Shown here: one piece after another, positions 10,262 to 20,911 of the stretch | How the letters are laid out: each line of letters begins with the position of its first letter | How positions within the stretch are numbered: position 1 is the first letter of the stretch | Source: an uncultured Nitrospirales bacterium | Lineage (GTDB): Bacteria; Nitrospirota; Nitrospiria; Nitrospirales; UBA8639 | Reading direction: 5' to 3' | DNA: 64,000 nucleotides | NCBI GenBank assembly: GCA_963785905.1 | Contig: CAWAXJ010000025.1 | Location: 7,451 to 71,450 of the forward strand | Made by a program: the position numbers and the translations under genes | Notes under the pieces: generated by a model | Seen by the model: the letters and a program-made list of their open reading frames with translations, nothing else | What the model was told of the DNA's origin: nothing | Database searches by the model: none

Positions 10262-11133
10262 CTGGACACCTTCATTTTTCGCAAATTCTTGGGACGGGTC
10301 GCTCTGACTCCCCCATCCTCAATACGTTTTAATTCTATGCGTAAATGCCTGAGTGCGCCAGAGTGTACCCGGCATACGCCAGATTCGGTGAGGCCCAACT
10401 GGCCGCCAATTTCTTTCATCGTCAAGCCGATATGATAATACAATTGCAGAACTTCTTGCTGGCGTTTGGATAAGGTTACAAGAGCTGCATGCAACGCCGC
10501 TTTCATTTCGGCATCAGCACAGGCCACAAAGGGGTCCTGATAGTCGACATCAGGTAACACGTCCCGCAGCGTACACCCTTCTTCCCCCTGCCCCACCGGC
10601 TCATCCAGACTGATTAATCTGGGATCACACCCAGCCACCCCTTCAATTTCTTCGGGGGAAACTTCCAACAAAAGAGCCAATTCATGGGTCGTCGGTGGTG
10701 TGCCGTTTTTCTGTAGATGCTCCTCAACGATCTGTCTAATTTGATCCCGACGGGACCGGACGGACCGTGGAACCCAATCCATAGCCCGGATTTCGTCCAA
10801 CATCATGCCGCGTATTCGATATTCTGCAAAGGTCCGAAATTTAATATCACGAGTTGGATCAAAGCGCTTTAAAGCCGATAGCAAGCCCATTGCCCCTGCG
10901 CTGGTTAAATCTTCGACATCCAACGAAAATGGATTTTTAAGTGCCATAGCCCCAGCCATGCGACGAATCATCGGCAAAAATTCCTGTAAGACTTGGGTGA
11001 TTTTTTCTTGATCGAGCTGGCACTGAAACTCGACAGGCTTTTCCTCAACAGGGACAGTCTGTTGAAAGAAGGACAGGTCGGGCTCCTCGATGTCTACTCC
11101 TAACGCTGTGTGATAGTGGATGTGTTCGTCCAT
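10258..11133 (-). CDS. fliA: FliA/WhiG-family RNA polymerase sigma factor (sigma28-like)
   Basis: DLTSAGAMGLL..FDPTRDIKFRTFAEYRIRGMMLDEIRAMDWVPRSVR; region 4 LTMKEIG..LGLTESGVCRVH. ATG 11133 follows a GGAAAGG RBS. Confidence 0.9.
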   Translation of the reverse strand: MDEHIHYHTALGVDIEEPDLSFFQQTVPVEEKPVEFQCQLDQEKITQVLQEFLPMIRRMAGAMALKNPFSLDVEDLTSAGAMGLLSALKRFDPTRDIKFRTFAEYRIRGMMLDEIRAMDWVPRSVRSRRDQIRQIVEEHLQKNGTPPTTHELALLLEVSPEEIEGVAGCDPRLISLDEPVGQGEEGCTLRDVLPDVDYQDPFVACADAEMKAALHAALVTLSKRQQEVLQLYYHIGLTMKEIGGQLGLTESGVCRVHSGALRHLRIELKRIEDGGVRATRPKNLRKMKVSS

Positions 11134-11156
11134 AATTCGGCCTTTCCAGGATGACC

Positions 11157-11192
11157 AAAAAAAAAACGCCCAATTCCGGGGAATGAGCGCAT
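11157..11192 (-). terminator. Intrinsic terminator (riboswitch expression platform) in the fliA leader
   Basis: Minus strand CGCTCATTCC-CC-GGAATTGGGCG followed by a long T run, between aptamer and RBS. Confidence 0.75.
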
Positions 11193-11220
11193 GAACGAAC
11201 GCAGAAACCAACTCACACAG

Positions 11221-11310
11221 TTCGGTAACCAGACGAACCCTGAAATGACAACTTCTCAGGGTCTCTTAGCTTTGCGCCCTACCCTCACGGATAGTTTGCC
11301 CTTGTCACCT
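11221..11310 (-). ncRNA. c-di-GMP-I (GEMM-I) riboswitch aptamer
   Basis: Minus strand GGGCAAAC-TATCC-GTGA-GGGTAG-GGCGCAAAGC...GGTTACCGAA matches GEMM-I hallmarks (GGCAAA, GNRA loop, CGCAAAG, 3' GGTTACCG). Confidence 0.9.
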
Positions 11311-11603
11311 GTTTAATTCGTTATCCTATAATTGCAACCTCATATGAGTGGTGGATGATTGCTGATGAAATGTCTGCATTCAAGAACTACAAATTTTTTG
11401 CCAGTATTCGATTCCATCATCTGTGCCAGTGTTATCGGATCCGAGTTATTGGGAGTTAAGAAAAAATCTTGAGTGGTGTTGGAAAAAAATGACAAATTCA
11501 CACATTGAACGGTATTGAAGACAAACTATGCGGCTACAAGTCAGGACTGACGGGAATTTCGACCGGACTCATTCTGTCTTTTTTCAGAAATATCTCTAAA
11601 CAA

Positions 11604-12692
11604 TTATTTCAGTTTCAAAAATAGATTAAGCCCAACGATGAGAAACATGACTGTGGCAATCCAACTTCCAATAATCGGAAACACCGCTCCATTACGGCCC
11701 AAGACTATGCCAATCGAGTGTGCCGCCCAAAATAGAAAGCCGATTGCCAGAGTTTGACCAAGCCCTTTGGCCACTCCCACCCCACGCACTCCACTTCCCC
11801 GAAAACTTACCGAAACCCCTAACAATGTCATCACCAGTGGAACGAGGGAATACGCAATACGGGCCCAATAATCGGTCAAAAACCGATGAGGACTGTGGCC
11901 ATCTTTCGCCAAACGCTGGACATAGTCATGCAATTGATACAAAGACATATGCTCGGGAGACTGGGCCAACCAATTTTGAAAATCCTCCGGCGTGAGAGAG
12001 AGAGGCAGCACCTGCCGAGGCACTTCATTCATGTGTACACGTTCTTCTCCTTGAAACGTTCGCTGAATCACACGCTCCATCACCCATTCAGAATTTGAAA
12101 AATTTGCCCGGTCCCCCTCAAGAATCTCCTTGAGACTGAAAGAATCACCCATCGTGTATTGATGAATACCGTTTAAACGAAATCCATCTTCTTCCACGGA
12201 GTCAATCTGCAAGAGATGATTTCTCCCAACCCGGAGCCATAAACGATCGGGAGTAAACAGGAGAGGTTCCGGCTTATTTTGGATCAACACCGATTGGACG
12301 TATTCCGCTTTGATATTGGCCAGGGGAATAAATACTGCTGTGAGAGAAAACGCCACTGCACTCACGAGAGCTCCAAAGCCAAAAAATGGGGTGGCAATTT
12401 GAAAAAAACTTAAGCCGCAACTGCGCATTGCAGTTATCTCACGAGTTCGGTTGAGGCCTCCGACCGTCAAGATCGAAGCCATAAGGGCAGCCAACGGAGC
12501 AAGCAAAAAGACAATATCTGGAACCCGATAGACGAAAAAGCTGAAAATAACCGTTAAGTCAGCATCATATTTTAAAAATTTTCTTAATTTTTCAAAAAAA
12601 TCCACAACCAAATAAATCGTCAGCACCGTCACCAGGCACATCAAAAACACCCGACTAAACTTTCCAAACACGTACCAGTAAATTTTGTTCAT
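11604..12692 (-). CDS. lptG: LPS export ABC transporter permease LptG
   Basis: YjgP/YjgQ topology, EITAMRSCGLS; paired with lptF. Confidence 0.88.
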   Translation of the reverse strand: MNKIYWYVFGKFSRVFLMCLVTVLTIYLVVDFFEKLRKFLKYDADLTVIFSFFVYRVPDIVFLLAPLAALMASILTVGGLNRTREITAMRSCGLSFFQIATPFFGFGALVSAVAFSLTAVFIPLANIKAEYVQSVLIQNKPEPLLFTPDRLWLRVGRNHLLQIDSVEEDGFRLNGIHQYTMGDSFSLKEILEGDRANFSNSEWVMERVIQRTFQGEERVHMNEVPRQVLPLSLTPEDFQNWLAQSPEHMSLYQLHDYVQRLAKDGHSPHRFLTDYWARIAYSLVPLVMTLLGVSVSFRGSGVRGVGVAKGLGQTLAIGFLFWAAHSIGIVLGRNGAVFPIIGSWIATVMFLIVGLNLFLKLK

Positions 12693-12718
12693 GATCTGAA
12701 AAGATACGAGATCCGGAA

Positions 12719-13804
12719 TTACTGTTTACGGGCTTGAATCAAAAGAAATCCTGTTAGACCGGCCAATGCCATGTTGGGCATCCATGCTCCCGCAAACGGC
12801 GAGATGACCAGAGTCGTCACAAGAAATTCTGCCAACACATTAAAAACATAAAACCCGATGATCACCAGAACTCCAATTGCAAATCCTCCAGCTTTCCCTG
12901 ATCGCTTCGATACGATTCCGATCGGTACCCCCAATAACCCCAGAACAAATGTGGCAACGGGAAAGGCTGTATCTTTGTAATATTCCATTAATCGACGAAG
13001 GGCACCAGCATCATTTCCGCCTGATTCCTGTAATTGTTGAATGAGACTCTTGTAGGTTCTCCTCTGCGTTTTGTCTTTAACGGAAGTAAAGGGCGAAGGG
13101 AGCCAAAAATCATACGTATTAAAGGTGACCCGGTGAAAACTGTCAATTTCGTTGGGGATTTGATGGATAGCCCCCTCAAACAGTCGAATGCCAAATTGTT
13201 GACGTTCGTTCTGTTTCAGCATTTGAAAATTCTCCGCCACAATAATCAAAGGCAGTTCCGGATTACGCTGATCCGAAATAAAGACCCCCTTATTGCCCGA
13301 GGAATTCTCCGAATTGGGCACATACACCATGAGTCCGGGAATCGGCTCATTGAACACACCGGAATCAACCGCCATTGTCAATTCATCTTCAATGACACTA
13401 AGCGCCAACGTCTTTAACGACACACTGGCCCAAGGTTGGCCCCATTGAGAAAGATACACCGTCAACAGAAACACAATCCCTGAAAAGACCACCACAGGAA
13501 GGTTGATTCGCCAAAAACTGACCCCCGCCGCTCGAATCGCAATGACTTCGTTGTCAAACGACATTCGATTGAAAGCCGAAATTGATGCAATGAGGCAGGC
13601 AATGGGAAGGGTCAAGACTAAAAAGGAAGGGAGCAAGTGCACCACGATCGTCCCCAAGGCCTTTAAACTGATCCCGCGGGATACGACCAAATCCACTAAC
13701 CGTAGCATTTCCTTCGTGAAAATAATGAAGCACAGACCGGTCAGACTGGTCAAAAACGGGGAAAGCAGCTCAAAAAATATGTACCGATCGAGAAGTCTGA
13801 TCAA
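12719..13804 (-). CDS. lptF: LPS export ABC transporter permease LptF
   Basis: LLDRYIFFE...RMSFDNEVIAIRAAGVS. Confidence 0.88.
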   Translation of the reverse strand: MIRLLDRYIFFELLSPFLTSLTGLCFIIFTKEMLRLVDLVVSRGISLKALGTIVVHLLPSFLVLTLPIACLIASISAFNRMSFDNEVIAIRAAGVSFWRINLPVVVFSGIVFLLTVYLSQWGQPWASVSLKTLALSVIEDELTMAVDSGVFNEPIPGLMVYVPNSENSSGNKGVFISDQRNPELPLIIVAENFQMLKQNERQQFGIRLFEGAIHQIPNEIDSFHRVTFNTYDFWLPSPFTSVKDKTQRRTYKSLIQQLQESGGNDAGALRRLMEYYKDTAFPVATFVLGLLGVPIGIVSKRSGKAGGFAIGVLVIIGFYVFNVLAEFLVTTLVISPFAGAWMPNMALAGLTGFLLIQARKQ

Positions 13805-13944
13805 CTTATTGGACGGAACAAGATAGTAGGAAGAGACCTGAAATGTCGGCTGAGTAGAATTGTCACCTCAAAAATACCTCCAAATGACCATAAAAACTAC
13901 CCTGGCCGGAGATGACAGAGGGATGATTTTCTTCTTGCTTTTTA

Positions 13945-13973
13945 TTGACAGATTTTTCAAACTGTGCTACATC
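13945..13973 (+). promoter_or_regulatory. Sigma70 promoter for csp
   Basis: TTGACA-N17-TACATC with TGn extended -10. Confidence 0.65.
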
Positions 13974-14125
13974 CTTCTCGTTTTTGTAAAGGTTAAAGAA
14001 GTGAAAAGAACACTACGCTGGGAAGCCGAAAGAGGAACCAACTCCTTTTTCGGCTTTTTCTTTTAGTCATACACCATTAACATGACAGATTCCTATGCAC
14101 GGAAACATTAATGGGAGGGGACATC

Positions 14126-14347
14126 ATGAAAAGTAAGGGCACGGTAAAATGGTTTAATGATCGAAAAGGTTTTGGATTCATTCAGGTGGAAGATGGACAG
14201 GATGTCTTCGTTCATTACTCCGCTCTTCAAGAAGACGGATTTAAATCCCTGAAAGAGGGAGAAACTGTAGAATTTGACCTGGTAGAAGGAGCAAAGGGTC
14301 CTCAGGCAGCCAACGTCACAAAATCGGGAATTGGCCAGCCCTCTTAA
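14126..14347 (+). CDS. csp: Cold-shock protein
   Basis: [23 protein letters not shown]; GGAGG RBS before ATG 14126. Confidence 0.96.
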   Translation: MKSKGTVKWFNDRKGFGFIQVEDGQDVFVHYSALQEDGFKSLKEGETVEFDLVEGAKGPQAANVTKSGIGQPS

Positions 14348-14588
14348 AGCTGTGGGAAGGGTCGATTGGGCCCTGTTTCGCTATCCCTTCTTCTTTGAAA
14401 ATCAAGAGTGATTGCTCGGTCTACTGTTCCTCGTTTTGAGATTCGCTATTTCTGAGGGCAGGATGTCGATAAGCTGTTCCTTGACTTCCCTCTTTTTCTC
14501 CTGGTAGACTTTTTGCATAAGTCATTGTATTTATTGAAAAAAATAATAAAAAGCCTGTAAACTGCTCTATCAATTTCAGAGGAACAGC

Positions 14589-17533
14589 ATGACAAAATTT
14601 CTAGATGCCTTATCTTTTGGACATTCTAAGCATAGACACACCCTAACCGTAGAGAGTGGTGAAGAAGATTGGGGGGCAGGACAAAACCAGGATACCAATC
14701 TCCCACCAGCGCCAGTCAACCTGCGGGCAATCCCGGATCACAGTCACATTACCATCTCCTGGGAGTCTGTCCCTCAAGCCTTGTATTACAACATTTATTT
14801 CATGACTACCAAAGGCGTTCAAATTAAGCCTAACGAACTGACCCGCCCTGTTGCGTCTCGAGAAGATTTTATCCCGAAAGTTGGGATAACTAAGGAGAAA
14901 GCCAATTGCATTGAAGGAGCAATCTCTCCTTATGTACACAATGATTTAGCTAACAATTTCTGCTACCACTACGCCATCTCTGTTGTCACTGAGGAGGGGG
15001 AGAGTCCTCTTTCTGAAGAAATCATGTCCATTCCCTCTCCCTACCTTCCGGTCATGCAGATCGGTTGCGAAGGGGTGGACGATGGTGAATTCAAATCCCC
15101 AACGGGCATTGCGGTTGATAAAGACGGAATAATCTATATCGGTGATACCGATAATCATTCAATTCAGAAATTTGACCAGTCTGGAAAATTTCTCGCGCGG
15201 TGGGGAGACGAACCCGATTCTGTGGAAGGGAAATTTTATTATCCCCGTGGCATTGCGACTTCTCCGGAAGGAGATGTGTACGTCGCTGATAGCGGAAACA
15301 ACCGTATCCAAAAGTTCGATTCAGAAGGAAATATTGTCAACTCTTGGGGAAAGTTTGGATTTGCCTGGCGAGGGCGCGGAGGCCGGAAAATTCGATGTCC
15401 CCTGGGGCATTACAACCGATTCTCATGGCAACCTGTTTGTTTCAGATACCAGCAATGCCAGAATTCAGAAATTTCTGCCAGACGGGACCGCCGTACTCAA
15501 GTGGGGACGGGACGGAGGATACGATGGCGCATTCTTTTATCCTCGCGGCCTTGCTGTCGATTTTGTCGGAAATATCTATATTGCTGATGAAGGAAACCAT
15601 CGAATTCAGAAGTTTGACGCCCGCGGCAATTTTCTCCTGAAGTGGGGAAAAGATGGGAATGCCCCTGGTCAATTCAAATCACCGTGGGGAGTCGCCTGTG
15701 ACCCCTTAGGATATGTGTATGTCGTAGATAGTGGAAACCACCGTGTCCAAAAGTTTGATTCTAATGGCACCTATCTGTGTTCATGGGGAAATCGAGGATT
15801 AACAGAAGGACAATTGAATTTCCCCTCAGGAATTGCTGTCGACAAAGAGGGGTACGTCTATGTGGTAGATAGCGGTAATCATCGGTTAACCAAATTTTCT
15901 CCAACCGAAGACGAACTCAATCGTGGCAAACAGGAAAAACGGATATCCAGCGACCTCACGGCTCCCATCAATCTTGCGGTTAAGCCCGGGGATACCGAAA
16001 ATATTCTCAGTTGGCTGGAAGTGCCCGATGCCGTCAGTTACAACCTCTACTTCAGTACAGAACCTCAGCTCTCCATGGATACTTCTACGAAGATTGAGGG
16101 GGTCACTACGCCTTATATTCATATTGGCCTGACAAACAATACCCCATATTTTTATGCACTCACCTCCGTCACTGAAGACGGAGCGGAAAGTCGACTGTCA
16201 GAAGAGAAGACGGCCATTCCAGTCCTGATCGACATCTCCGCGCCCCAAAATCCAGATATCGTCTTAAATCATGGGGCTTACATGACCAATAGTCCAGACA
16301 TGGTGGCCACCATCTCTGCGAAAGATGTGGATAGCGGCGTGGCGTCCTATTTCATTTCTGAAAATCCCATGACTCCAAGTGCCACCATGCCAGGTTGGGT
16401 TGAGGTAGAACCTGAACAAAAATTCGGGGCCACAATTCCATTCACCACCTCGCCGGGCGATGGTACGAAAACCATCTATGTGTGGTTCAAGGATGCCAAT
16501 AACAATGTATCCGTTCCCGCCAGCACCAACATCCTGGTCAATACATCCGGATACCTTTGTGTAGCCAAGTGGGGGAAACCAGGCCGTGGAGCCTCCCTCC
16601 TCCACGGTGGAGAATTTATTAGTCCCCTATATGGATTGGCGATTGATCGCCAAGGGGCATTGTTTGTTGTCGATAATGGAAATAATCGCATTCAAAAATT
16701 TGACCGAAATGGAAATTTCATCCTGCTATGGGGAAATTTCGGATCTGCCAATGGAAATTTCAACAATCCAACGGGCGTTGCCTGTGACGCCAATGGCAAT
16801 GTCTTTGTAGCTGATACCAATAACCATCGAATCCAGAAATTCGATGGAAAATTGGGGCATTACATGATGAAACTCGGATCCCGTGGGAATGGCGAAGGCC
16901 AATTCAATTCCCCATGGGGAGTGGCCGTAGACCGAGTTCGGGGATATCTCTATGTAGTGGACAGTGCCAATTTTCGTGTTCAAAAGTTTGATGAAACAGG
17001 AGAATTCATCATGCAGTGGGGAAGTTTTGGAAATGGAGACGGGCAATTTTATTTTGCCCGCGGGATTGCAGTTGATCAAACGGATGGAACCGTCTATGTC
17101 GTAGATATGGGCAATCACCGGATTCAAAAATTCGATACCAGCTCAAACGTTCTACCCCAATTGCTCCTGAAGTGGGGCGGCGGTATCGGTCCAGGCCATG
17201 CGAGCAGCGCACGGGCACAAGAACCCGGAGAATTCCGATCTCCCTGGGGTGTGACCGTAGACGAATCAGGCGATGTGTTTGTCAGTGATACCGGTAATCA
17301 ACGCATTCAAAAGTTCGATCGGGATGGCAACTTTATCACCCAATGGGGCGGATTTGGTTCCAATGAAGGTCAATTTAACTTTCCATATGGGATTGGAGTT
17401 GATGCAAGAGGACATGTCTTATTCTGTGGACAGCGGAAATATGCGTGTTCAACAGTTTATGCCTGCAGAGGAAGCGGTAGATCATTTCCAAGAAGAAGAA
17501 ACCATGGCCTTTATCCCAGAAGCAGCTGAATAG
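14589..17533 (+). CDS. Large FN3 + NHL-repeat (beta-propeller) protein, ~980 aa, split by frameshifts near 15370 and 17420
   Basis: ORFs 14589-15587, 15142-17529 and 17273-17533 join into continuous F..P.GIAVD..G.VYV.DSGN.RIQKFD repeats; two FN3-like segments (APVNLRA..W..YNIYF; APINLAV..W..YNLYF). Confidence 0.85.
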
Positions 17534-17738
17534 CCACCTGGCTTTCTCAGAGTCTCCACAGATTTCAAATACATACGACATCTATCGACAACAGACGCGG
17601 ACGGGTACTGGGCATGACCCACCCGCGTCCCTCGTAAGGCAGCTCCGGCTTCTTCTGCCATATAGTTCACACTTGGCTCCAGTTCTTGTGTAGCCCAAGT
17701 CATTTCCTCACTGATTCAACGGCTGTGAAAAAGGCACA

Positions 17739-17767
17739 TTGACTGCATTTCCAAAGGAATTTATGAT
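17739..17767 (+). promoter_or_regulatory. Sigma70 promoter for guaBA
   Basis: TTGACT-N17-TATGAT. Confidence 0.6.
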
Positions 17768-17837
17768 GAGATGTTTTTCTCAAGGAATTAAGGGTCGGAG
17801 TTCCTTAATTGATCCGGCGGATTAAAGGGCCTAAATC

Positions 17838-19298
17838 ATGTTGGAAAAACAATTACGAATAGGACTGACCTTTGACGACGTCGTGTTGGTCCCGCGCCGA
17901 TCAAACATTCTCCCTTCGGAAGTCGATCCCTCCACCCAACTCACTCGAAATATTCGGATCAATATCCCGATTCTGAGTGCCGCGATGGACACAGTAACCG
18001 AAGGACGATTGGCCATTGCCATCGCCCGCGAAGGAGGGATTGGGATTATTCACCGCGCACTGTCTCCTGACATGCAAGCCTCAGAAGTCGACAAAGTCAA
18101 AAAGTCAGAAAGCGGGATGATCCTGTCCCCGATTACCATCTCTCCGGAACACACGATTCGCGATGCGCACCACCTAATGTCGACCTATCGCATATCAGGA
18201 ATCCCGGTGACCAAAGACGGGAAGTTGGTCGGAATTTTAACCAATCGAGACCTTCGCTTTGAAAATCGCCTGGATCTCAAGGTTTCCCAGGTCATGACAA
18301 AAAACAACTTAATTACCGCACCGGAAGGCACTGGGTTCGAAAAAGCCCAAGCCATCCTTCATGAGCATCGTATCGAAAAACTACCCGTGGTGAATGATCA
18401 ATTTGAATTAAAAGGATTAATCACTATTAAGGACATTCAAAAAAAGATCCAATATCCCTTTGCCTGCAAAGATACGCACGGACGACTGCGAGTGGGCGCG
18501 GCCGTGGGAGTCGGCGCCGATGTGGAGGAACGATTGGAACGGCTTATGAAAGCTGGTGTCGATTTGATCGTGGTCGACACTGCTCATGGGCATTCACAAA
18601 GCGTCTTAGATAAAGTAAAAGATATGAAGTCTCGTTACCCGGACCTGGATGTCGTCGCTGGAAATGTCGCAACTTCTGAGGCCACTCTCGATCTCATTAA
18701 GGCCGGGGCAGATGGCATCAAAGTAGGAGTGGGGCCCGGGTCAATCTGTACTACACGGATAGTATCCGGAGCCGGAGTCCCTCAACTGACGGCTGTGGCA
18801 GATTGCGCCATGATTGCGAAAAAACACCAGGTGCCCTTGATTGCCGATGGAGGCATTAAATTTTCTGGAGATCTTACCAAGGCGATCGCCGCGGGAGCCT
18901 CATCCGTCATGATCGGATCCCTTTTTGCGGGCACCGAAGAGGCCCCGGGAGAAACCGTGTTGTATCAAGGCCGAACCTACAAAGAATATCGAGGGATGGG
19001 ATCTTTGGGAGCCATGGAACGCGGCGGGAAGGATCGATACTTTCAAGAAGGTCGCGAGTCTTCCAAGTTGGTTCCTGAAGGCATTGAAGCTCGCGTCCCC
19101 TATAAAGGGAATCTCGCAGTCATGGTCTATCAATTAGTCGGAGGGCTGAAGGCAGGAATGGGGTATTGTGGCTGTCGGACCATTGCTGAACTCCAACAGG
19201 ATGCTCAATTCATTCAGCTCACCTCTGCAGGATTGCGGGAAGCCCACGTCCATGATGTGGTGATTACGAAAGAGGCCCCGAATTATCGGGCTGACTAA
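17838..19298 (+). CDS. guaB: IMP dehydrogenase
   Basis: [18 protein letters not shown] pair, [14 protein letters not shown]. Confidence 0.98.
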   Translation: MLEKQLRIGLTFDDVVLVPRRSNILPSEVDPSTQLTRNIRINIPILSAAMDTVTEGRLAIAIAREGGIGIIHRALSPDMQASEVDKVKKSESGMILSPITISPEHTIRDAHHLMSTYRISGIPVTKDGKLVGILTNRDLRFENRLDLKVSQVMTKNNLITAPEGTGFEKAQAILHEHRIEKLPVVNDQFELKGLITIKDIQKKIQYPFACKDTHGRLRVGAAVGVGADVEERLERLMKAGVDLIVVDTAHGHSQSVLDKVKDMKSRYPDLDVVAGNVATSEATLDLIKAGADGIKVGVGPGSICTTRIVSGAGVPQLTAVADCAMIAKKHQVPLIADGGIKFSGDLTKAIAAGASSVMIGSLFAGTEEAPGETVLYQGRTYKEYRGMGSLGAMERGGKDRYFQEGRESSKLVPEGIEARVPYKGNLAVMVYQLVGGLKAGMGYCGCRTIAELQQDAQFIQLTSAGLREAHVHDVVITKEAPNYRAD

Positions 19299-19352
19299 GA
19301 CCTGGTTCTTCTTCCTAAGGTACTCAAATCCCGGACTGGCCATTTCACGCTT

Positions 19353-20909
19353 ATGCACGCTCACCACGATACCATTGTCATTCTTGATTTTGGATCGCAG
19401 TATACGCAACTCATCGCACGGCGCATACGCGAATTTCATGCCTTCTCCGTCATCCTTCCTGCGCACACCTCGGTTCAGGATCTCCTAGAATATCATCCAA
19501 AGGGGATCATTTTCTCAGGAGGGCCGGCCAGTGTGACACAGGCCCAGTCCCCTAAAATGGACAGCCAAATTTTTGAACTCGACATCCCCATTTTGGGTAT
19601 CTGCTATGGCATGCAATTGCTCGCCCATCAATGCGGAGGCACGGTCAATCCCACACCCCATCGAGAATTTGGCCGGGCCGATCTGAGCATCGATGACAAC
19701 ACCAATTTGTTCCTTGGCCTAGATACGGTCGCGGCTTTTCCGGTATGGATGTCCCATGGAGATTCCGTCCAACAACTGCCTCCGGGATTTCAGGTGATCG
19801 CCCACACTGCCCATGCACCAATCGCCGCGATGAAATCCTCAGACGATTCCCGACAGCTCTTCGGTATTCAGTTTCACCCGGAAGTGGTCCATACCCTTCA
19901 CGGATCGACCATCCTTCAAAACTTTACCCGTCACATCTGCCATTGTGACCCTACTTGGACAATGGGTTCTTTCATCGAACAGGCGGTCACTGAGATCAAA
20001 AAAACCGTCGGCAATGGCAAGGTCATTTGTGCTCTCAGCGGAGGAGTGGATTCCACTGTGGCGGCTGCGCTGGCGCACAAGGCCGTCGGAGACCAATTGA
20101 CCTGTCTATTCATCAACAATGGGCTCATGCGAAAAAATGAAGTCGCACAATTACAGACGACCTTCGATTCGGCGTACCATATGAAGGTTCGCATTGTCGA
20201 TCAAGGGCCCGCGTTTCTGGCAGCCCTGGGACGCACAACAGACCCGGAACGCAAACGAAAAATCATTGGTCGTCAATTCATCAAAGTCTTCGAACAGGAA
20301 GCCGTCTCCTTGGGAAAAGTGAATTTTCTCGTTCAGGGAACACTATATCCGGATGTGATCGAAAGTCTGAGCGTGAAAGGCCCATCCGCAACCATCAAAA
20401 CCCACCATAATGTCGGCGGCTTACCCAAGCGTATGAAATTCAAACTCATCGAACCGTTTCGAGAATTGTTTAAAGATGAGGTACGTCAATTAGGTTTGGA
20501 GCTGGGCCTGCCAGAGGATATTGTCTGGCGACAACCCTTTCCAGGCCCAGGCTTGGCGATCCGCATCATTGGCGCAGTCACCGCCCAACGATTAGCCATT
20601 CTTCGTGAGGCAGATGCCATTGTCCGTGACGAAATCGAACGAGCCGGACTATCACGAATCATCTGGCAATCATTTGCCGTCTTGTTGCCAATCCAAACCG
20701 TGGGTGTCATGGGTGACCAACGGACCTACGAATCCGTCATTGCCATTCGCGCGGTCACCAGCACCGATGGCATGACCGCCGATTGGGCCGTGATTCCACC
20801 GGAGGTATTGGGGAAAATGTCCAATCGAATTATTAATGAAGTACAGGGGATCAATCGGGTGGTATACGACATTAGCTCAAAACCTCCAGCGACGATCGAA
20901 TGGGAATAG
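19353..20909 (+). CDS. guaA: GMP synthase (glutamine-hydrolysing)
   Basis: LDFGSQY, GICYGMQ, QFHPE, SGGVDS, KPPATIEWE. Confidence 0.98.
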   Translation: MHAHHDTIVILDFGSQYTQLIARRIREFHAFSVILPAHTSVQDLLEYHPKGIIFSGGPASVTQAQSPKMDSQIFELDIPILGICYGMQLLAHQCGGTVNPTPHREFGRADLSIDDNTNLFLGLDTVAAFPVWMSHGDSVQQLPPGFQVIAHTAHAPIAAMKSSDDSRQLFGIQFHPEVVHTLHGSTILQNFTRHICHCDPTWTMGSFIEQAVTEIKKTVGNGKVICALSGGVDSTVAAALAHKAVGDQLTCLFINNGLMRKNEVAQLQTTFDSAYHMKVRIVDQGPAFLAALGRTTDPERKRKIIGRQFIKVFEQEAVSLGKVNFLVQGTLYPDVIESLSVKGPSATIKTHHNVGGLPKRMKFKLIEPFRELFKDEVRQLGLELGLPEDIVWRQPFPGPGLAIRIIGAVTAQRLAILREADAIVRDEIERAGLSRIIWQSFAVLLPIQTVGVMGDQRTYESVIAIRAVTSTDGMTADWAVIPPEVLGKMSNRIINEVQGINRVVYDISSKPPATIEWE

Positions 20910-20911
20910 GA

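Noticed and set aside
11221-11310. 3',3'-cGAMP (GEMM-Ib) riboswitch variant
   Set aside because: The discriminator position is G (GGGCAAAC), not A.
15060-17460. CRISPR-like periodic repeats
   Set aside because: The periodicity comes from degenerate protein-coding NHL repeats; no identical repeats with spacers and no cas genes.
17575-17720. Purine or ZTP riboswitch upstream of guaB
   Set aside because: Hairpins are present but lack aptamer consensus and lie upstream of the predicted guaB promoter.
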